A stretch of DNA of 62,148 nt, the filler included. It is 7 parts of 7 records of this genome, joined end to end, with 100 filler letters (N's around TTAATTAATTAA, not from the genome) between each part and the next. Parts side by side here need not be neighbours in the genome. Positions count along the whole stretch, not along the records: positions 37,552 to 46,655 come from SRR31147125_9200; positions 46,756 to 56,753 come from SRR31147125_9201; 5 more parts are not named here. One strand, written 5' to 3'. The position numbers were made by a program, and so were the translations under genes. The notes under the pieces were generated by a model that worked only from the letters and a program-made list of their open reading frames with translations, made no database searches and was not told the origin of the DNA. Positions 42,472 to 53,016 of the stretch are shown piece by piece (the first letter of the stretch is position 1; every line of letters begins with the position of its first letter).

Positions 42472-43575
42472 TTGCGATATACTACAAAGAAAAGAATAAG
42501 AAAGTATTTATTGTGGCTGCTGGCAGCTGCAGTAATTATTTTTGTTAATATTTGGCTGATTTTTGTTGTACAGCCTATTACACGATTGGAGAAGAATTTA
42601 ATTAAATTAGATGTTTCTCCTTACTCAAGGGTATACCCATATGATGAGGGATTAATTGTTATTGATCAAAAAAACTTGATTTGCTTTGATTTAAAAGGAA
42701 AAGAGCAATTCAATGTTGAGTTGGCTGAGTTTGACATGCAAGCATCAAGAAATGGAAATGTTACTGTTGTTTGGGATGATAACAATGCAATAATATATAA
42801 TGAACTGGGAGATAAAATTCTTGGAAAAGAATTAACTGGGATCAGTAATAGAATTTTATTCGGAAGAACAGGTGACAGCTATTTTGTTCTTGCAACTATC
42901 GAGGAAGGTCAGTATAGAGCGAGAATATATGATTATGAAGCAAATGACATCGATACTATGTTATTCCCATATCAGAGTATGCTGGATTTAGGATTCTTTG
43001 GAGATTCTGGAGATCAACTATGGGCATTGCTTTTGGATTCTCATGGTACAGTTCCTATCAGTAAGGTAAGAACTGATCATCCTGGTAAATCTATGACGGG
43101 TTCTATAACAATACTAAATCAGGTGTGTTACGATGTTATTCCTCTTGATAGTGTTGTATATGTTGTCGGTTCACATCATATAGAATCCTATAGCTACACC
43201 AGTGTAGAGAAAAGTGAAGTGTTAGTTTATGGATGGACTATGCAGGATTATTTAGTTAATGATCAAAAGGTATCATTTTTGATGGGATCTAATCAGAATG
43301 ATGAATTTGAATCTCCTATTTCTGCTCTATGGTATATAGGAGATGAAGATAAGCAGTTTCGTCTTTCTATGCCTACTGGAATAATTAAAGCTACTATGTC
43401 TGATGATTATATATATGCTTTTTCAGATCAAGGTATATATGTATATGAAATAGGGAAGACAAATAAGAGCTTTCAAAAATTATCTTTTGAAATAAAAGAT
43501 ATACCAGCGGTTGTAAGGGGCGAAGTAATTGTGATTCAAAGCGAAGATGCATTCTATTTGCTGCCAATGCAATAG
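42472..43575 (+). CDS. membrane-anchored beta-propeller-like hypothetical protein (DUF5711-like)
   Basis: Single N-terminal TM, beta-rich; upstream of CvpA-like gene. Confidence 0.6.
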   Translation: MRYTTKKRIRKYLLWLLAAAVIIFVNIWLIFVVQPITRLEKNLIKLDVSPYSRVYPYDEGLIVIDQKNLICFDLKGKEQFNVELAEFDMQASRNGNVTVVWDDNNAIIYNELGDKILGKELTGISNRILFGRTGDSYFVLATIEEGQYRARIYDYEANDIDTMLFPYQSMLDLGFFGDSGDQLWALLLDSHGTVPISKVRTDHPGKSMTGSITILNQVCYDVIPLDSVVYVVGSHHIESYSYTSVEKSEVLVYGWTMQDYLVNDQKVSFLMGSNQNDEFESPISALWYIGDEDKQFRLSMPTGIIKATMSDDYIYAFSDQGIYVYEIGKTNKSFQKLSFEIKDIPAVVRGEVIVIQSEDAFYLLPMQ

Positions 43576-43595
43576 ACCAAGAAAGGATTTATTCT

Positions 43596-44303
43596 ATGAG
43601 TTATATAGATTTATTTGGGATACTGATAATTATACTTAGTATTTTAATAGGTTACAATCAGGGTTTTTTGAAAAGTATATTTAGTATTATAAATATTATT
43701 TTGTCTATAATTATTGGATTAGTTTTTTATGGATTAGTTGTAAAAGATATCACAAACAATCAACAGATACTACCTACAGTTATACATTTTAGTGAATCCT
43801 CTGAGTTTTTAGGGGGAATAGAAAATGAAAGAATATCTGTATATGAAAAGTCGTTTGAAGAAATTAAAACGGTAGTAGACAGCTTAGAACTGCCATATCC
43901 CATTACAACACTGTTAGAAAAAAATATTCAAAATCAGGCATTTGCTAGTAAAGGCATTGAAACCTTAGGTGATTATTTAGGGCTGACACTTGGAAGTATG
44001 ACAATAAACTATATTAGCTTTACAATTGTATTTGCTATTTCGTTTGTAATTATATTTGTTCTTATTAATATTGGTGATTATGTATTTGAATTTCCCGTTC
44101 TGCGTAGTATGGATGCAATTGCGGGAGGTATAGGTGGATTTATCCAAGGACTATTACTTCTTAATGTAATATTTTTAATAATACCTTTAGTATTAGCATT
44201 TTTACCATTTGATGAACTAGTGCAATTTGTTGACAGTTCTTCATTTTCCAAAATGTATTACTATCAAAATATTTTAATTAAAATAATTAGTGGGGTGATT
44301 TAA
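43596..44303 (+). CDS. CvpA (colicin V production) family protein
   Basis: GYNQGF N-terminus; D.IAGGIGG.I.G motif. Confidence 0.8.
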   Translation: MSYIDLFGILIIILSILIGYNQGFLKSIFSIINIILSIIIGLVFYGLVVKDITNNQQILPTVIHFSESSEFLGGIENERISVYEKSFEEIKTVVDSLELPYPITTLLEKNIQNQAFASKGIETLGDYLGLTLGSMTINYISFTIVFAISFVIIFVLINIGDYVFEFPVLRSMDAIAGGIGGFIQGLLLLNVIFLIIPLVLAFLPFDELVQFVDSSSFSKMYYYQNILIKIISGVI

Positions 44304-45343
44304 TTATCCCACATCAACTACATTATGATTAGCAGCCTTGAGAAGTCGATTCATAATAGCAATGTTAATACCGCCAGTTTCATAGAATTGAACGTAAGCT
44401 TTATCATAATTACATCTATCAATTTCTCTTAAGACATTAAACAGATTTTCTGCAATAGTTTCAGGATGATGAATTGAACCTAATATTATTTTATCAAAGG
44501 GATAGTTTTTTGCATGCTCTTTGCAACATAATACAACAGATTTTTTCCCATAGGTATTGTCTTTTAATATTTCTCTATTAACATATCTGCATATAGAAAC
44601 TTCAAGACCTTTTACTATTTCAATCTCTGCATTAGGAGCATAATGCTTGTGCTTAACTCCAGGTGATTTTGCCATAACTCCCTCTTTTAGAGGGGCAAGA
44701 ATAGCATCGTCAATATTGACATTGCCAATAACAGCTTCCAACATTTCTTTTGTAATTGCACCAGGGCGAAGTATACATGGAGGATCTACGCTTACATCAA
44801 CTACAGTTGATTCAAGCCCAATCTCACATGTACCACCATCAACTATGACAGGTATTTTACCATTCATATCATCAAAAACCTGCTCTGCACTTGTAGGTGA
44901 AGGTTTGCCTGAAATGTTTGCGCTTGGCGCAGCCAAAGGTAATTGGCTTTGCTCTAAAATGCTAAAGGCAACAGGGTGCTGGGGCATACGTACAGCAACT
45001 GTATCTAGGCCTGCTGTTACAACATCAGATACCGCTTTTTTCTTTTTTATTACCAACGTTAGCCGCCAGGCCAAAATTCATCCATTAAGATTTTAGCTTT
45101 TTTCTTTATATATTTTCCTAATAGGGCAACTTGATTAGTGTTATAAATATGTACAATCAAAGGGTTATCGCTAGGACGACCCTTTGCAGTAAAAATCTTT
45201 TTTATGGCTTCATCATCTAAAGCATTAGCAGCTAAACCATATACTGTCTCTGTTGGAATCGCTACTACTTCACCTTTTCTTAAAAGGTCAGAGGCTTCTA
45301 AGATTGCGTCATATCCAATTGTTAAAATACGTGTTTCATACAT
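44304..45343 (-). CDS. sua5: L-threonylcarbamoyladenylate synthase (Sua5), apparent frameshift near 45063
   Basis: PTETVYGL, AKGRPSDNPLIVH, FWPG / LTLV, AAPSANISGKPSPT, KHYAP. Confidence 0.93.
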
Positions 45344-45352
45344 TGTATAGAC

Positions 45353-46655
45353 CTAGAAATCTGCGCTATGTACAGTTCTTGGGAAGGAGATAACGTCTCT
45401 TATGTTGCTCATGCCTGTTAAGTACATTATTGCTCGCTCAAAACCTAAGCCATAGCCGGCGTGGCGAGCAGTACCGAATTTTCTTAAATCCATATACCAC
45501 CAGTATGGAGCCTCATCCAACCCTAGTTCATCCATTCGCTTTTCTAATATATCTAATCTTTCCTCGCGCTGTGAACCGCCTATTATTTCGCCTACACCAG
45601 GAACCAGCAAGTCCATTGCGGCAACAGTTTTTCCATCATCATTTATGCGCATGTAAAATGCTTTAATCTCCTTTGGATAATCTGTTACAAATACTGGGCA
45701 TTTATATACCTGCTCTGTAATGTATCTTTCGTGCTCTGTTTGCAAATCATTACCCCACTTAACAGGATATTTAAACTCTACATCAGCTTTTTCTAATATT
45801 TCAATTGCTTTAGTGTAAGTAATACGTACAAAATCAGAGTTTGCAACGTTCTTTAATCTATCCATCAACCCTTTATCTACAAATTTATTAAAGAAATTAA
45901 TTTCTGCTGGTGCGTGCTCCAATACGTAATTGATGATGTATTTCATCATTTCTTCAGCTAATTGCATATCATCATCTAAATCTGCAAATGCAATTTCAGG
46001 CTCTATCATCCAAAATTCTGCAACGTGACGAGGAGTGTTTGAATTTTCTGCCCTAAATGTAGGGCCAAACGTGTAAACGTCGCCAAATGCCATAGCATAA
46101 GTTTCAACATTTAATTGCCCACTAACAGTAAGATTGGTTTCCTTGCAAAAAAAGTCCTGTGAATAGTCAATTTCACCTTCAGCTTTAGGAACGTTATCTA
46201 AATCCAATGTAGTTACTTTAAACATTTCGCCGGCACCTTCGCAGTCGCTGCCAGTTATTATTGGTGTGTGAACATAAACAAACCCTTTTTGCTGGAAAAA
46301 TTGATGAATTGCAAAGGCAGTTAAAGAACGAATTCTGAAAACTGCATTAAATGTATTGGTTCTAGGACGCAAGTGAGATATTGTGCGTAGATATTCAAAA
46401 GTGTGCCTTTTCTTTTGGAGAGGATATGAAGGATCGCTTATACCTTCTATATCAACTTTACGTGCCTTTATTTCAAAGTCTTGCTTTGCATTAGGTGTTA
46501 ATACCAGTTCACCCTCTGCTATTACGGCAGAACCGATGCCGAGTTTTACAACTGTATCGTAATTATCAACAAAAGATGGTTCTAATACTATTTGAACACC
46601 GTCAAACATAGAACCATCACTTATAACCATAAAGGAAAAGTTTTTTGATTGGCGT
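45353..46655 (-). CDS. asnS: asparagine--tRNA ligase, 5' partial
   Basis: [47 protein letters not shown]. Confidence 0.96.
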
Positions 46656-46755
46656 NNNNNNNNNNNNNNNNNNNNNNNNNNNNNNNNNNNNNNNNNNNNT
46701 TAATTAATTAANNNNNNNNNNNNNNNNNNNNNNNNNNNNNNNNNNNNNNNNNNNN
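46656..46755. other. artificial contig spacer
   Basis: N-run with TTAATTAATTAA. Confidence 0.99.
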
Positions 46756-47094
46756 CAGCTTTTCTTGCTGTAATGACACGTTTTGCCTTGGTTTTGCGTG
46801 AACCGCCTCTGGTATTTCTCTTAGGGGCTTCTTTTTTGCCGCTGTCAGCTTTTTCAAGCTCTGCTATTTCTTTCTTCAGGTTTTTGCCGTCAAGCTTCGG
46901 GATAACAATTTCTTCTTCACTATCCTCAGTAGGAGCTTCGACTTCTTCAGGTTTTTCAGCATCCTCAATTTTTGCATTTACCTTTTTGCTGACCTTCTTC
47001 TTTTTAGCTGTTTTTTGGGCAGTTACCTTTTTTTGCTGACCTTCTTTGCAGCCTTTTTGGCAACCTTCTTTTTAGTTGTCTTTTTATCACTCAT
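46756..47094 (-). CDS. protein with Lys/Ala-rich histone-like N-terminus, 3' partial, frameshift in A7 run at 47028-47034
   Basis: RBS GAGGAG then MSDKKTTKKKVAKKAAKKVS..., continuing KVTAQKTAKKKKVSKK...EEVEAPTEDSEEE in the shifted frame; absent from the ORF track. Confidence 0.6.
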
Positions 47095-47529
47095 TTTGGC
47101 TCCTCTCTGTCTGTGTCTATTTTTAACAGATATGGGTTAAATGTTTGCAAAGCTATCTAGTTAAAATTATACAAAAGATTATTATTGTAAAATAATTACA
47201 AAAGAGTCAGAGTATTTAAAACTCAAATAAATTTAGCACAACTCTTTTTCTGTAAAAGCTTTCTGATTTTATTACTAAAAATAGGATAGTAATATTATGT
47301 AAAAACGCATAATAAGTATGTTGTTTATTGTGGCGATTGCAAGGATAAAATGAGTTTTTTTCAGTTATATTAGTATATGTCATGTTCTTCATAGATTACC
47401 TTTTTTATATTTGGTTGATATCAAAGGTGATAGAGTGAAATACATTAATCAAGTAAGATTTTTGAAAATTTTTTTTTTGCGCCTCTTGTTTTGGGGTGTG
47501 ATTATATTATAATAGTTTGTCTAAACTAT

Positions 47530-49068
47530 TTAGAATACTAACTGGGCGAGTGGCGGAATCGGCAGACGCAAGGGATTTAAAATCCCTTGAGATAATATCT
47601 CGTACGGGTTCAAGTCCCGTCTTGCCCACCAATTTGTATCACTTGGGTCAATGGCATTTAATGTGTCGTTGACCCTTGTTTTTATAGGGTTTACGCTGTT
47701 TGACACTGGGTTTGCTAGTGTGTTCTGGGTTGGCTCTTCTTCTTGTCTCTGTCTAAAACTCGCCTGTGGGGTATCAGTGGAATCCGCACCGTTAGGCAAG
47801 AAATAGGCAACATTTGGGATACTTTTTGATGTCTGAAAGTCTCCTAAATTTGCAGCGTCTTCAGTTCCGGTAGCTTCTGCTACTCCACTTTCAATATTAA
47901 TCTCTGGTAATGCTGATACCGCCATCCTCTTGTCATCTAAGAGGATATGAGTGTAGTGCTTCATTGTTAGGTTGATGTCACTGTGCCTCATGAGACGTTG
48001 AGCGGTCTGCGGTTGGACACCACTACGGGATAGTAATGAGCAAAAGGTATGACGTAATGCGTGAAAGTCGGCTTTCCCGTACTCGTTTTCATATTCTATT
48101 TCTGATACCTCAAGGTCTCGTTTGAGCATCGGTGCGCCAGACTTTGCTTGCATGTTTATGAATGCATGTGCGCGTGGTAGAGCAGGGTGGTCAGTAAAGT
48201 ACTCATGCAGGGCTGCTGTAAGCTCTGAGCGTAACGGGAGAGTATCGGTCTTGCTGTTCTTTGCGTTGACGTCTCTGACTGTTACGGACATGTTTATTAA
48301 ATCGAGGTCACCACGTTTGAGGGTGCGTATCTCGTTATGTCTAAGACCTGTCTCTAGGGCTAGGTGGTAGACAAGTGCTCTTTCTCTTCCGGTCAATTTG
48401 TGGTGTTTCTTTTCTGACTGCATGGTGGTTGTGATAAGTCTTGCCACTTCGTCTTCAGTGAGTGCTCTTCGTTGCTCTGTGTTTTCAGAATTCAACCTGA
48501 TTGGCTTGAGTGTAGCGACTGGGTTGTCTTGTAGTCTGTTGTTATCACAAAGCCACTTGCAGAATTGTTTCATTGCTTGTAAGTAGTGATTGCAGGATTT
48601 GGCTGAGAGTTTGGTCTGGTACATCTTGGTCATCCAAGAGTCAGTCTTGTTTCCAGAGATATCACGAGCGTAGGTAAAATTACAATCCTCAATCATTCTG
48701 CTAAGTCTTGAGTTTAAAAGTTGCACCTGACTTGATTGTAGCTTGCCTTTGCTTGCTTGATCAGTTTGGTACTGTATGAAGTCTGCAAGGTGCATCTGGA
48801 TAGTTTTTGATTTCTCAAGCTGTGACTGTGAAAGTAGTCCGTACTTGACAAGTTTCTCTTTCATGTAGTTTGGTAGATTTTCAAGCCAGATAGTAAGCTC
48901 TCTATCAGGTCGCTCTCCTGCAACCAGACACGCATCAAGTGCAGAAATGTTTTCCTCTAGCTTCATAGCAGCTCGTTTGTCTGTATATGTTGACATGCGG
49001 ATACGACCGCCTGACTTGAGGTATAGGCTTAGTTGATATTTGCCGTTTTTTAGTTTGTGTATGCTCAT
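47530..49068 (-). CDS. tyrosine integrase; ORF continues antisense through tRNA-Leu
   Basis: TGLRHNE (R), AKNSK (K), FHALRHTF (HxxR), MRHSD (H), KHYTH (Y). Confidence 0.93.
   Translation of the reverse strand: MSIHKLKNGKYQLSLYLKSGGRIRMSTYTDKRAAMKLEENISALDACLVAGERPDRELTIWLENLPNYMKEKLVKYGLLSQSQLEKSKTIQMHLADFIQYQTDQASKGKLQSSQVQLLNSRLSRMIEDCNFTYARDISGNKTDSWMTKMYQTKLSAKSCNHYLQAMKQFCKWLCDNNRLQDNPVATLKPIRLNSENTEQRRALTEDEVARLITTTMQSEKKHHKLTGRERALVYHLALETGLRHNEIRTLKRGDLDLINMSVTVRDVNAKNSKTDTLPLRSELTAALHEYFTDHPALPRAHAFINMQAKSGAPMLKRDLEVSEIEYENEYGKADFHALRHTFCSLLSRSGVQPQTAQRLMRHSDINLTMKHYTHILLDDKRMAVSALPEINIESGVAEATGTEDAANLGDFQTSKSIPNVAYFLPNGADSTDTPQASFRQRQEEEPTQNTLANPVSNSVNPIKTRVNDTLNAIDPSDTNWWARRDLNPYEILSQGILNPLRLPIPPLAQLVF
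47544..47631 (+). tRNA. tRNA-Leu(TAA)
   Basis: Acceptor GGGCGAG/CTTGCCC-A-CCA, D-loop TGGCGGAATCGGCAGACGC, anticodon stem AGGGA-TT-TAA-AA-TCCCT, long variable arm, T-loop GGTTCAAGTCCC. Confidence 0.97.
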
Positions 49069-49137
49069 AGAAAATTGCCTTTATGGTGATATGCAAGTAA
49101 ATGTAATGTGTTTCTTTGGAATAAGAAATAGCTTGTG

Positions 49138-49971
49138 TTATTCTATAGCTAGCAGTAATTCATTAAGATCTAAATAATTAATGAATTTTTGGTTATCAAA
49201 ATTTAAGTAATGATTTATGATTGGAGTGCTTATATTCATAGTCGTTTGAGGTATGCGGTTTAACCAAAATATGAAGTTTGCAAAGGTATCGCATCCAAAT
49301 TCACAGTAGAATAGCCCTTCACTTTCGTTATGAATGTCAATGTACGACCCTTTTTTAGAGTTAAATACAATCCCCAAGTTGTTAATAATGATAGCATCAA
49401 ACTGATGAATTCTTGAAATCTTATTATCGCAGTAATAAGAAACGATCTTAGCTACCAATTCTCTGGTATCATTAAAAGCATTATCACAAAATATAAATGA
49501 GGGTATAGTTAAGGATGTTTTTGTTTGATCTTTAGTGATATTGCCATAGGTTTGCATAAAGTTTCCTTGCATATAGTGCTTTTTTCGGGTTAGTTTTTTT
49601 ACAGACTCAATTTGTTTTAATGCTCTGTTGAGTTCGGAAGTTGTTGATAAATCAGGTTTTAGCTCGATTGCAAAGTCTACACCTTCTGCAAAAATAAACG
49701 AATATTTATTATCTTTATCAATAGTATAAGGATGGTTCGGGTTGATTACCAAACAGTCAATCGAAGCACTTCTAGCTCCAAAAGAGTCATTTATATTTCC
49801 TTTGGTAATGCGATATGGGAAAGGGAAATATTTTTCTAAAAATGATTTAAGTGCTGCTTCGCGACGGTCAGAAACCTCTTGTGGTGTTCCGAGACCTTCA
49901 AGGCTTGCTTTACTAAAAGCTAGAGAGAGTTCGTTTGCTTCAATTTTTAATAATTCTAATATATCAGCCAT
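49138..49971 (-). CDS. DUF6602-like PD-(D/E)xK nuclease-fold protein
   Basis: RE..L.SFL.KYFP..Y.I.KG.I.DS.G..S..ID...AIELK pattern. Confidence 0.65.
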   Translation of the reverse strand: MADILELLKIEANELSLAFSKASLEGLGTPQEVSDRREAALKSFLEKYFPFPYRITKGNINDSFGARSASIDCLVINPNHPYTIDKDNKYSFIFAEGVDFAIELKPDLSTTSELNRALKQIESVKKLTRKKHYMQGNFMQTYGNITKDQTKTSLTIPSFIFCDNAFNDTRELVAKIVSYYCDNKISRIHQFDAIIINNLGIVFNSKKGSYIDIHNESEGLFYCEFGCDTFANFIFWLNRIPQTTMNISTPIINHYLNFDNQKFINYLDLNELLLAIE

Positions 49972-50063
49972 ATTGCAATGCTCCAGTGTTTTTCTGCTAA
50001 AGTTGTGGATAGGTGGCAGTTTTTTATTAAGTATAGGATTAGTTTGTATGTGTCATTTTTTAT

Positions 50064-50498
50064 TTATGAACTAACAGTTTTTTTAACAGATACTATTTTG
50101 CCAGTTTTTGCAGATCTACGTTGGATTTTTGGTTTATATGAGTCTTCATTGACTGTAAGTTGTGAGGCCTTTATATTAAGTGGATTTTTGGCGATTTTCT
50201 CAGATAATTGTATGACACCTGCGAGTTCTCTTTTTCCTTCTTTACTAAGTAAGTACTTGCTTGAATCGTACCCAGATTGTAATCCTTGCCAGAACTCTAT
50301 GGTAGTGTTGGTCGCTTTTGCTACGATTGCGCATACACGTGGAGACATGTCACGTCTGCCGTGGCAGGTGTCTGATAGTATTACTCTGTGTATGCCCATT
50401 GCAGCAGCAGCTTTGGTAATGCTTATTCCCATTGGCTTGAGGAATTCTTCAAGAAGAATCTCGCCGGGGTGTGTTGATACTCTATTCTTTGGTAACAT
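50064..50498 (-). CDS. higA: HigA antitoxin (HTH) with C-terminal extension
   Basis: THPGEILLEEFLKPMGIS, FWQGLQSGYD. Confidence 0.9.
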   Translation of the reverse strand: MLPKNRVSTHPGEILLEEFLKPMGISITKAAAAMGIHRVILSDTCHGRRDMSPRVCAIVAKATNTTIEFWQGLQSGYDSSKYLLSKEGKRELAGVIQLSEKIAKNPLNIKASQLTVNEDSYKPKIQRRSAKTGKIVSVKKTVSS

Positions 50499-50525
50499 AT
50501 CGAAACTCCTTAGTTACAATTAGTA

Positions 50526-50807
50526 TTAATGATAATCTATGATCTGAACATCAATCGCATCTTTGCCTTGCCACTTGAATATGATGCGCCACTGGTTGTT
50601 GATTCTGATGCTGTAATAACCTTTGTAATTTCCCTTTAATGCTTCAAGTTTATTGCCGGGAGGTACACGTAGATTCTCAAGGACATCAGCATAGTTTATC
50701 ATATCAAGTTTACGGCATGCTTGCTTTTGAAGCTCACCGGAGAAGCCTTTGACTCTATTGCCATCAAAGACATTCTCTGTTCGTTTATCCTTAAAATTTA
50801 AGATCAT
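50526..50807 (-). CDS. higB: HigB toxin
   Basis: MILNFKDKRTE, LRVPPGNKLEALKG, YSIRINNQWRIIF, IIDYH. Confidence 0.93.
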   Translation of the reverse strand: MILNFKDKRTENVFDGNRVKGFSGELQKQACRKLDMINYADVLENLRVPPGNKLEALKGNYKGYYSIRINNQWRIIFKWQGKDAIDVQIIDYH

Positions 50808-50880
50808 TGTAAATCCTTATATTCATCGATACTGTTATTGTAACTCAAGGAGTTTCGATTTGCAAGTTTAATTAACTACT

Positions 50881-51195
50881 TTATGCAGTTAAATTTTCCC
50901 ACTCTGACCTATTTGGACATCCTGCATCAGTCCAAGCGATAAGTTCTTCACGTCTCCAGCGGACTCGGCTGTTAAGCCGGACAGGAGAAGGGGTTTTTCC
51001 TTCCGAGTTCAGAGTGTACCACATTGATTTACTAACTCCTACGAAGGTCGCTGATTCGCCAGCATCAAGAAGAAGATTATCCCGCTTCCCCAGTGCCGAT
51101 TTTACAGCTTCAGCGACTGCTGTTGCAAAGTCAACGGGGTTCGTATTGATTGTTACTTGTTCGCTATCCTGTGCGTTATCTGTAATGCTATTCAT
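50881..51195 (-). CDS. AlpA-family excisionase/regulator
   Basis: GVSKSMWY...GKTPSPVRL..RVRWRREEL..W; RBS AGGAGG. Confidence 0.85.
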   Translation of the reverse strand: MNSITDNAQDSEQVTINTNPVDFATAVAEAVKSALGKRDNLLLDAGESATFVGVSKSMWYTLNSEGKTPSPVRLNSRVRWRREELIAWTDAGCPNRSEWENLTA

Positions 51196-52495
51196 TGTTA
51201 TTGTCCTCCTTAGGGTCATAAATGCTTCCAGTAATTAGATCAAAAATAAAGTTAAGTCTTCCGGTCTGCCCGTGTCTGTTCTTACAGATATCGAGCTCCA
51301 GTGTTTCAGAGTCCGCATTCTTAGCTCTGTCACGATATAGCAGTATCACATGGTCTGCATCCTGTTCAATCGAACTCGATTCTTTCAAGTGCCAGAGCTT
51401 TGGTCTATCACTATCTTTGGCTCTTCCTGCCTTTGCACCATCTCGTGAAAGTTGGGCTAGGGCAATTATTGCAACGTTGTACTTGGTGGCTAAGTGCTTG
51501 CATGTACGAGATATTTCGTCGATTCGCTCTCTTGAATCCTGACCGGAATAGCTAGCTCTGCATTGCTGGATGTAGTCCAATACAACCAAATCAACATCCT
51601 TGTGGTGCTTCGCTACCATGTAGGTGAAGTCATTGGCTGTTATCGTACCGTTTGCATGAATTCGTAGAGGAAGCTTTGAAAACTCGTCAACAGCCAAGTT
51701 ATGCCTCTCTGAATAGTTTTCCTTCGTTGATTCCTTAGCTTTCCCTGCTCTGAGCATCCTGCACGCTCCTTGTGGGACGCCTGAGAGAGTAGAGACTATC
51801 CTATCTTCAATAGACTGCAAATTCATCTCCTGAACTACATACATACATCTAACTGGTTCTTCTGCTTTGCAAGCTCTGCTGATAATATTTAGAGCAAGCT
51901 GAGATTTGCCGATAGAAGTAGAACCACCGATTACTGTTACACTACCACGATCAAAACCACTACCAAAGAATGCATTTAGTGCTTCATACCCAGTATTTAC
52001 AGGTGAAATAGTGACACCATTTCGGTTAAGCTCGACGACTCTATCTGCTGTTGGAGTCATTGTAGTGTATCTCGTGGATATCTCATCGATTCGATCTGAC
52101 AAGTTCTTACAGACATCACTGATTCTGACGTGTCTATGTAGCTTGTCAATTGATAAGAAACATGCATCCTCTAGCTCTCGATTTTTCCACTGTTCAGCCA
52201 ATCGCTCAGCGTGAATAGCAGTCTGACTCGCAGACACAGCAATTGTCGTCCAATCGGATATCGCTTTTCCTCCACCTGCATCAATTTTGCGATTCTCAAG
52301 CTCATGCCGCAGAATAACAGGGTCTAATCCATCCCCTTCGCAAAGCTCAAGCATTACCTTGTAAACCTCTCCAAATTCTGAGACTGAAAAGTATTCAGGC
52401 TTGATAACCCTGCTAACATCAGATATTACCTCAGGATCAAGCAGTATCCCACCAAGAATACAGATCTCCGTCTCGTGATTATTACTTAAAACCAT
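51188..52495 (-). CDS. DnaB-like replicative helicase
   Basis: E..ILGGILLDP, GGSTSIGKS, VLDYIQ, ALAQLSR, LKESSSIEQDAD, KNRHG. Confidence 0.9.
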   Translation of the reverse strand: MVLSNNHETEICILGGILLDPEVISDVSRVIKPEYFSVSEFGEVYKVMLELCEGDGLDPVILRHELENRKIDAGGGKAISDWTTIAVSASQTAIHAERLAEQWKNRELEDACFLSIDKLHRHVRISDVCKNLSDRIDEISTRYTTMTPTADRVVELNRNGVTISPVNTGYEALNAFFGSGFDRGSVTVIGGSTSIGKSQLALNIISRACKAEEPVRCMYVVQEMNLQSIEDRIVSTLSGVPQGACRMLRAGKAKESTKENYSERHNLAVDEFSKLPLRIHANGTITANDFTYMVAKHHKDVDLVVLDYIQQCRASYSGQDSRERIDEISRTCKHLATKYNVAIIALAQLSRDGAKAGRAKDSDRPKLWHLKESSSIEQDADHVILLYRDRAKNADSETLELDICKNRHGQTGRLNFIFDLITGSIYDPKEDNNNE

Positions 52496-52593
52496 TTTTA
52501 CTTCCTTTCATAAAATGTGAAGCCAAAATTAAAATGAAAGTCGCGACTTATAAACATATTAGTTTCCTAGGATAAAATTTATAAAATTTGTAA

Positions 52594-53016
52594 TTAGTAC
52601 GTGATAGCTCTAGTTTCACCCAAATCATCATTTCTGCTTTCAGAAATACTATTGTTTATTGAATAGGGACTATTTTTGAGGGCAATATCCCCGTCATTTT
52701 GTGGGTCACTTTTTGAACAGTTGTCATTATCTTTGAGTGAATTGAGTTTATAGATATTACTTCTCGCATATCTTCTTGAAGTCGTAAGGATGCCAACTTT
52801 CTCAAGTATTCTTAGTTGCCTCCTAAGAGTCTCTAATGAGACACCAGCACGCCTAGCAAGACTAGCCTGATCAATACCCGTGGTCATGGTTGAACCATCA
52901 ACATAAGATGCTAGAGCAATCAGAACCGCAAGAGCGGTTGCTTTCAGTTTCTTTTGTTCGACTAGCTCTAATCCATTGCATCCAATTGCAGTATTTATAT
53001 ACTTGATCTTGTTCAT
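52594..53016 (-). CDS. winged-HTH protein (replication initiator-like)
   Basis: SLARRAGVSLETLRRQLRILEKVGIL...SNIYKL. Confidence 0.7.
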   Translation of the reverse strand: MNKIKYINTAIGCNGLELVEQKKLKATALAVLIALASYVDGSTMTTGIDQASLARRAGVSLETLRRQLRILEKVGILTTSRRYARSNIYKLNSLKDNDNCSKSDPQNDGDIALKNSPYSINNSISESRNDDLGETRAITY

